From assembly GCA_963722075.1 (NCBI GenBank), contig CAVRJM010000001.1, positions 928,001 through 992,000 on the forward strand: a DNA stretch of 64,000 bases, given 5' to 3'. Made by a program: the position numbers and the translations under genes. The stretch comes from Candidatus Babeliales bacterium. GTDB lineage: Bacteria; Babelota; Babeliae; Babelales; JANWKD01. The notes under the pieces were generated by a model, which saw only the letters and a program-made list of their open reading frames with translations, made no database searches and was not told where the DNA came from. Shown one piece after another: positions 59,845 to 64,000 of the stretch; the stretch's first letter is position 1; each line of letters opens with the position of its first letter.

Positions 59845-60543
59845 ATGTGGTATGAGAGAATAATAAAAGTAACTCTAGTAATCAGCAGCTTTTTGCTGTT
59901 TACTCAATTTAGTTCACAAACTTCAGTTGATGGCAAAGAGAAGCCTTCCCTTAATGTATATGGATTACTAACTGATACCAGTAATCATAGTTATCGAGTA
60001 GAAAATGTTACCATTGCTGGTCGGTTCAGTGATATAGCCGTTTATCAAAAACCAATAAGTCCTGATTTAAATCCTGATATTAATACTACCAAATTGGATC
60101 TTTGTGAAATCAGTGAAATAAGAATAGAAGCACCAAAAGTAGTTCAATTTAACAAACGAGATTATATAGAAATTACCGTCATCTCTAATGACACTCGAAA
60201 AACGCAAAATCGATATATTATTGAAAAATTAAAAAAGCTTTTTTGCGATGAAGTAAATGAAGCAGGTCCTATAGAAAAAGAATTGTCGTTTCTGGCGGTA
60301 CAACGATTGCAAATTCAAGGGTGCAAAAAACAAGAAGAAGAATCGCGGGTATATAAATTACAACCACAGTCAATTGATCAAAAGACGATTGATTATACCA
60401 TAACCAAAACAGAAGCATTAATTAAAGAACTGCAAGAAAAAGCTGATCAATTACCTAATGATGCCAATGATGGTTCATTAAAATCACAAATGCTTCAGCT
60501 TTTGACTGAGTTACAAGCTACCTTTAAAAAGTGGTTTGCATAG
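59845..60543 (+). CDS. Hypothetical exported or membrane-anchored protein
   Basis: RBS AAGGAG; hydrophobic N-terminus. Confidence 0.65.
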   Translation: MWYERIIKVTLVISSFLLFTQFSSQTSVDGKEKPSLNVYGLLTDTSNHSYRVENVTIAGRFSDIAVYQKPISPDLNPDINTTKLDLCEISEIRIEAPKVVQFNKRDYIEITVISNDTRKTQNRYIIEKLKKLFCDEVNEAGPIEKELSFLAVQRLQIQGCKKQEEESRVYKLQPQSIDQKTIDYTITKTEALIKELQEKADQLPNDANDGSLKSQMLQLLTELQATFKKWFA

Positions 60544-60585
60544 GGTGAATGATTAGTCGTATAATGGAAAAAGGAAAATTTAATT

Positions 60586-60716
60586 ACTGGATCCTTACGC
60601 TATGCTCAGGATGACATTTAGAAAATTTATATTTATACTTGATCATTTTAATTTATTATAAGTGAGATTGTTATTCACTGGTCATCCTGAGGAACAAAGT
60701 GACGCAAGGATCCAGT
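60586..60716. repeat. Inverted pair of palindromic repeats
   Basis: ACTGGATCCTT..CTCAGGATGAC ... GTCATCCTGAG..AAGGATCCAGT. Confidence 0.85.
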
Positions 60717-60739
60717 TATAAAAATAAAAGGAAAATACC

Positions 60740-61060
60740 ATGGCTATTGATATAACAAAAGAAAATTTCGAAAAAGAAATCGAAAAATCAACCTTACCCG
60801 TAGTACTTGATGTATATGCCACCTGGTGTGGACCCTGCCTTCAAATGAAACCTATTTTTGAAGAATTGTCGCAAGAATACGGCAATAAATATAAATTTGC
60901 ACAATTAAACGTTGATGAAGGACGCGAATTAGCAATAAATTATGGTGTTACCTCAATTCCTACTTTTATCTTCATTAAAAATAAAGAAATTGTAGGTAAA
61001 GAAATGGGCTATATGAGTAAAGACCAGCTTTTAAAAAAAATAACTGAATATCTCAAATAA
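60740..61060 (+). CDS. trxA: Thioredoxin
   Basis: WCGPC, SIPT. Confidence 0.95.
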   Translation: MAIDITKENFEKEIEKSTLPVVLDVYATWCGPCLQMKPIFEELSQEYGNKYKFAQLNVDEGRELAINYGVTSIPTFIFIKNKEIVGKEMGYMSKDQLLKKITEYLK

Positions 61061-61583
61061 GCTTTACAATATCATAGGCAAATTCAGCTGCGTAGGTGGG
61101 GCCTTGAGCGGTAACTACTCTTCCATCAGTAACAACACCTGTTGTGTTATCATAAATTACACCGTGCTGATCATAAATCGCTTTTAGCTTGTTATCACCA
61201 TCCCATCCCGTAGCTGTTTTGCTTACTAATGCGCCAGCTTTTGCCAAAATACGTGTTGCTATACAAATAGCTGCCACTACTTTTTCTGCCATCACTGCTT
61301 GCTGAATAAATCGATAGCTTGCATCGGTATCTAATGCTTCTAATGCTCCCGGACCTCCAATAAGAATAACTGCTTCAAATTGCAATGGATCACTATGAGC
61401 TATATCAGCATCCACCGAAGCTGATGATTTATCATGAGCAATGGCAGTTCCTTTCTTATTACTGATGGTAACTACCTGAAATCCCGCCTCTTGGATTATC
61501 TCTTTTGTAATGGCGTATTCAACTTGCTGGTACCCATTATGCGCTATTACTATCGCTACTTTTTTTGCCATTTTTTTTGCCAT
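61053..61583 (-). CDS. DJ-1/PfpI family protein
   Basis: E in QQVEY, IGGPGA, AAICIA, VTAQGP. Confidence 0.9.
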   Translation of the reverse strand: MAKKMAKKVAIVIAHNGYQQVEYAITKEIIQEAGFQVVTISNKKGTAIAHDKSSASVDADIAHSDPLQFEAVILIGGPGALEALDTDASYRFIQQAVMAEKVVAAICIATRILAKAGALVSKTATGWDGDNKLKAIYDQHGVIYDNTTGVVTDGRVVTAQGPTYAAEFAYDIVKLI

Positions 61584-61675
61584 AATCGCTTCCTTTTATG
61601 TGCCAAACGTTATTTACAAAGATTAATATCTCATTTAAACTCTGCAGGTATAATTATAACTAAGGAACAATAAGC

Positions 61676-61969
61676 ATGGTAAAAAAGATTTTTTTACTCA
61701 TATTACTTATTAATTCATTTGTACCTTTTACCTACACTCAAGAAGAAACTATAGCTGAATTAATAAGTTCAAATAAAGAAAATAATGAAACTGCTCCCTA
61801 TGATCATCTTGATTACTTAGCAGACCACGAACCTGTTGAAGTAGTAAAACCACATCCGCTTCCCCATTGGTTAAAATCTTTTTTATTTGGCGCATTCATA
61901 CGTTTTTTTAATACGGTTGAATTTTTTAAAAAAAGCTGGAAAAAAATACAGTTAAATTATAAAAAATAA
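61676..61969 (+). CDS. Small exported hypothetical protein
   Basis: Signal-like N-terminus; RBS AAGGA; overlaps rsmE start. Confidence 0.55.
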   Translation: MVKKIFLLILLINSFVPFTYTQEETIAELISSNKENNETAPYDHLDYLADHEPVEVVKPHPLPHWLKSFLFGAFIRFFNTVEFFKKSWKKIQLNYKK

Positions 61970-62730
61970 TGGAATCATCATCAAAACATCTGTTTGCTCT
62001 TTTTTATCAGGCTTCTATAGATTGGCATTCAATAAGCCCTCTCAGTACAGTAACTATAACTGATGAATCGATTGTTCACCGAGCGTACCATGTTTTGCGC
62101 CTTGGGCCAGATGATCAAATTATTCTTTTTAATAAGCAGTATCATTTTTTACTAACGCTTATCACTCTTTCAAAAAAAGAAATAAAGGCGACCATCACGC
62201 AAGCAAATAAAAATACCGTATATCAACCAAGTATTACGGTTGCTTTACCGCTCTTAAAACGAGATGCACTCACCTATGCACTTGATGGATTAACTCAACT
62301 TGGCATTAATACCATACAATTGATTACAACGCAAAAGAGCCAAAGCCAATTTTCCCAGCAAAAAGATATGCAACGACTCTACAAAATTATCTATGCTGCT
62401 GCTGAGCAATCAAAAAATTTTTCATTTCCTGAGCTTATAAAACCAGTACCATTATCTGATTTTATTACCGATTATAATACGCAAAAAAAACGTATTATCT
62501 TTGGTGATCCCGCTGGCTTACCAGCACATGAAGTAATAAGCTCACTGCAACAAAATAATACAACTCCCATAACTATTATTATGGGACCAGAAGGAGACTT
62601 AACCGTAAATGAAAAAAGCTTATTAAAACAGCATTCGGTTATGTATATGGCATTAACCCCTACCATTTTACGAGCAGAACAAGCGATTTGCTTAGCAAGT
62701 GGTATGGTACGCGCGCTCATGCAACCATAG
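61969..62730 (+). CDS. rsmE: 16S rRNA m3U1498 methyltransferase
   Basis: HVLRL, AAAEQS, MGPEGDL, ILRAEQA. Confidence 0.92.
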   Translation: MESSSKHLFALFYQASIDWHSISPLSTVTITDESIVHRAYHVLRLGPDDQIILFNKQYHFLLTLITLSKKEIKATITQANKNTVYQPSITVALPLLKRDALTYALDGLTQLGINTIQLITTQKSQSQFSQQKDMQRLYKIIYAAAEQSKNFSFPELIKPVPLSDFITDYNTQKKRIIFGDPAGLPAHEVISSLQQNNTTPITIIMGPEGDLTVNEKSLLKQHSVMYMALTPTILRAEQAICLASGMVRALMQP

Positions 62731-63718
62731 AAAAATTATCAATCAGTTTTTTATCTTGATACATTTGTATATCAAGTGCAGGAAAATAACTATCTTTATA
62801 CGTTAACAACTGTTCATTTGGTTTTATAACAAGCCTGCTATCACCAAGTGAGATAACAACAGATCGAGCGCCAATTCGTTGCAATAGACCGCCATTTTTT
62901 TCTAGATGATAACGAAGCAGCCCATATTTTCTTAATAATACTGGATCGCTTTGCCCCTGCCAAAGAACCAAGTAAATACGTTTCACCTGAGCAAGCTTGC
63001 ATAATTGTGCACAATACTCAAAAGCAAGGATGCTTGGCTTTGTTATTATTAAATGATCAATAGTCGTTGATCCAAAATATTGAGTAAGCTCTCTTAGTAA
63101 GGTGTATTCAATCCAATTTTTTATAGTACCTCTAAGAGTAATTGCCGGATTAATAACGACCAATTGCTTATTATGTTGTAGCGCAATAATATCGCCTTTG
63201 CCACAAGGAATTTTTGTTACCCGCAATGAGTAAATTGGAAACAGCTTTAAAACCATTATTATAAACATTAGCGCCACCAGCAAACAAATGATTCTATATA
63301 ATCGTGATAATGGCTTTAGGTGTAAAATCAAAAATCCCAATGCTGCAATACTTATAAGAACAAACAATGGCGGTTTTGCAAACCCTATAAGCCAACCCCG
63401 CGTTGCATATGTCATAAAGAACTGCCACCACTCTGCAAAATAGCTTAAACAACTGATTACAAAATCATTAGGCACATTGCAAAGCTCCAAGAAAAAAATT
63501 GCACAACAAAGTAATAAAAAAATCGATAAAAATGGTGCAAATACTATATTCCCAATACAAGCCATGAGCGATATGGGCAATCCCCACGCAATTAAAATTG
63601 GAAACGATAAAAATAATAAAAAAAGCTGTAATTCAATGCCTTGAGCAATCCGATTACCAATACGATAGCAAACGGATAATAGTTTTGTATGTATCATAGT
63701 AGTTAAAAAATTGTTCAT
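62717..63718 (-). CDS. ComEC-like C-terminal portion (TM region plus degenerate metallo-beta-lactamase-like domain)
   Basis: PI...ISL...GNI.F.P TM pattern; IPCGKGD; IDHLIITKP. Confidence 0.55.
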   Translation of the reverse strand: MNNFLTTMIHTKLLSVCYRIGNRIAQGIELQLFLLFLSFPILIAWGLPISLMACIGNIVFAPFLSIFLLLCCAIFFLELCNVPNDFVISCLSYFAEWWQFFMTYATRGWLIGFAKPPLFVLISIAALGFLILHLKPLSRLYRIICLLVALMFIIMVLKLFPIYSLRVTKIPCGKGDIIALQHNKQLVVINPAITLRGTIKNWIEYTLLRELTQYFGSTTIDHLIITKPSILAFEYCAQLCKLAQVKRIYLVLWQGQSDPVLLRKYGLLRYHLEKNGGLLQRIGARSVVISLGDSRLVIKPNEQLLTYKDSYFPALDIQMYQDKKLIDNFSMVA

Positions 63719-64000
63719 GTTATTATATTAATAATAACAATAATCAAAATTTTAACTACAAAAATTGACAAGAGATATTTTTACTAGAGCTATACCATTA
63801 TCGTTCAATGCATCAAAAAAAGTGCTTCAAAAAATTCTCTATTAGTAGGATTTGATAATTTTAATGGATGATTAAAATAAGAATTAACGGGGTATTTTTC
63901 AAGCGAAAATCCATATACATTTTCGGTTTTTAACCATAACCAATCTTTTTTTAAGCTAATACAGCTTGTTATTGTTGGTATCGCTAATTCTAAAAATACT

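Noticed and set aside
453..62720. Many 60-145 aa ORFs antisense to or nested within long genes
   Set aside because: They are shadow ORFs of well-supported CDSs with no independent evidence.

Overview
AT-rich bacterial chromosomal window. Gene content (many signal-peptide proteins with ankyrin, WD40 and eukaryote-like motifs among housekeeping genes) suggests an intracellular symbiont or parasite of protists, most like Ca. Babelota/Dependentiae (TM6); this is inference, not a database result. Housekeeping genes include truA, typA, rpsR, rpsF, rnhB, ftsY, an amino-acid ABC transporter, mutL, prmC, trxA and rsmE. There are four tRNAs, one intact IS (IS1202/ISNCY-like, 17-bp target duplication), toxin-antitoxin genes and many nested palindromic intergenic repeats. 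Highlights: (1) seven unrelated exported proteins share a 19-residue leucine-heptad segment right after the signal peptide, a candidate undescribed sorting tag; (2) a four-gene array of exported Skp1-like + WD40 fusions, plus SOCS-box-like ankyrin, Josephin-like, MavL-like and WH2-containing candidate effectors; (3) a palindromic element fused to tRNA CCA ends in both orientations; (4) apparent pseudoenzymes (a carotenoid oxygenase lacking its iron-binding His residues and a non-cleavable LexA/CI-like repressor). All family calls come from motif recognition by eye.
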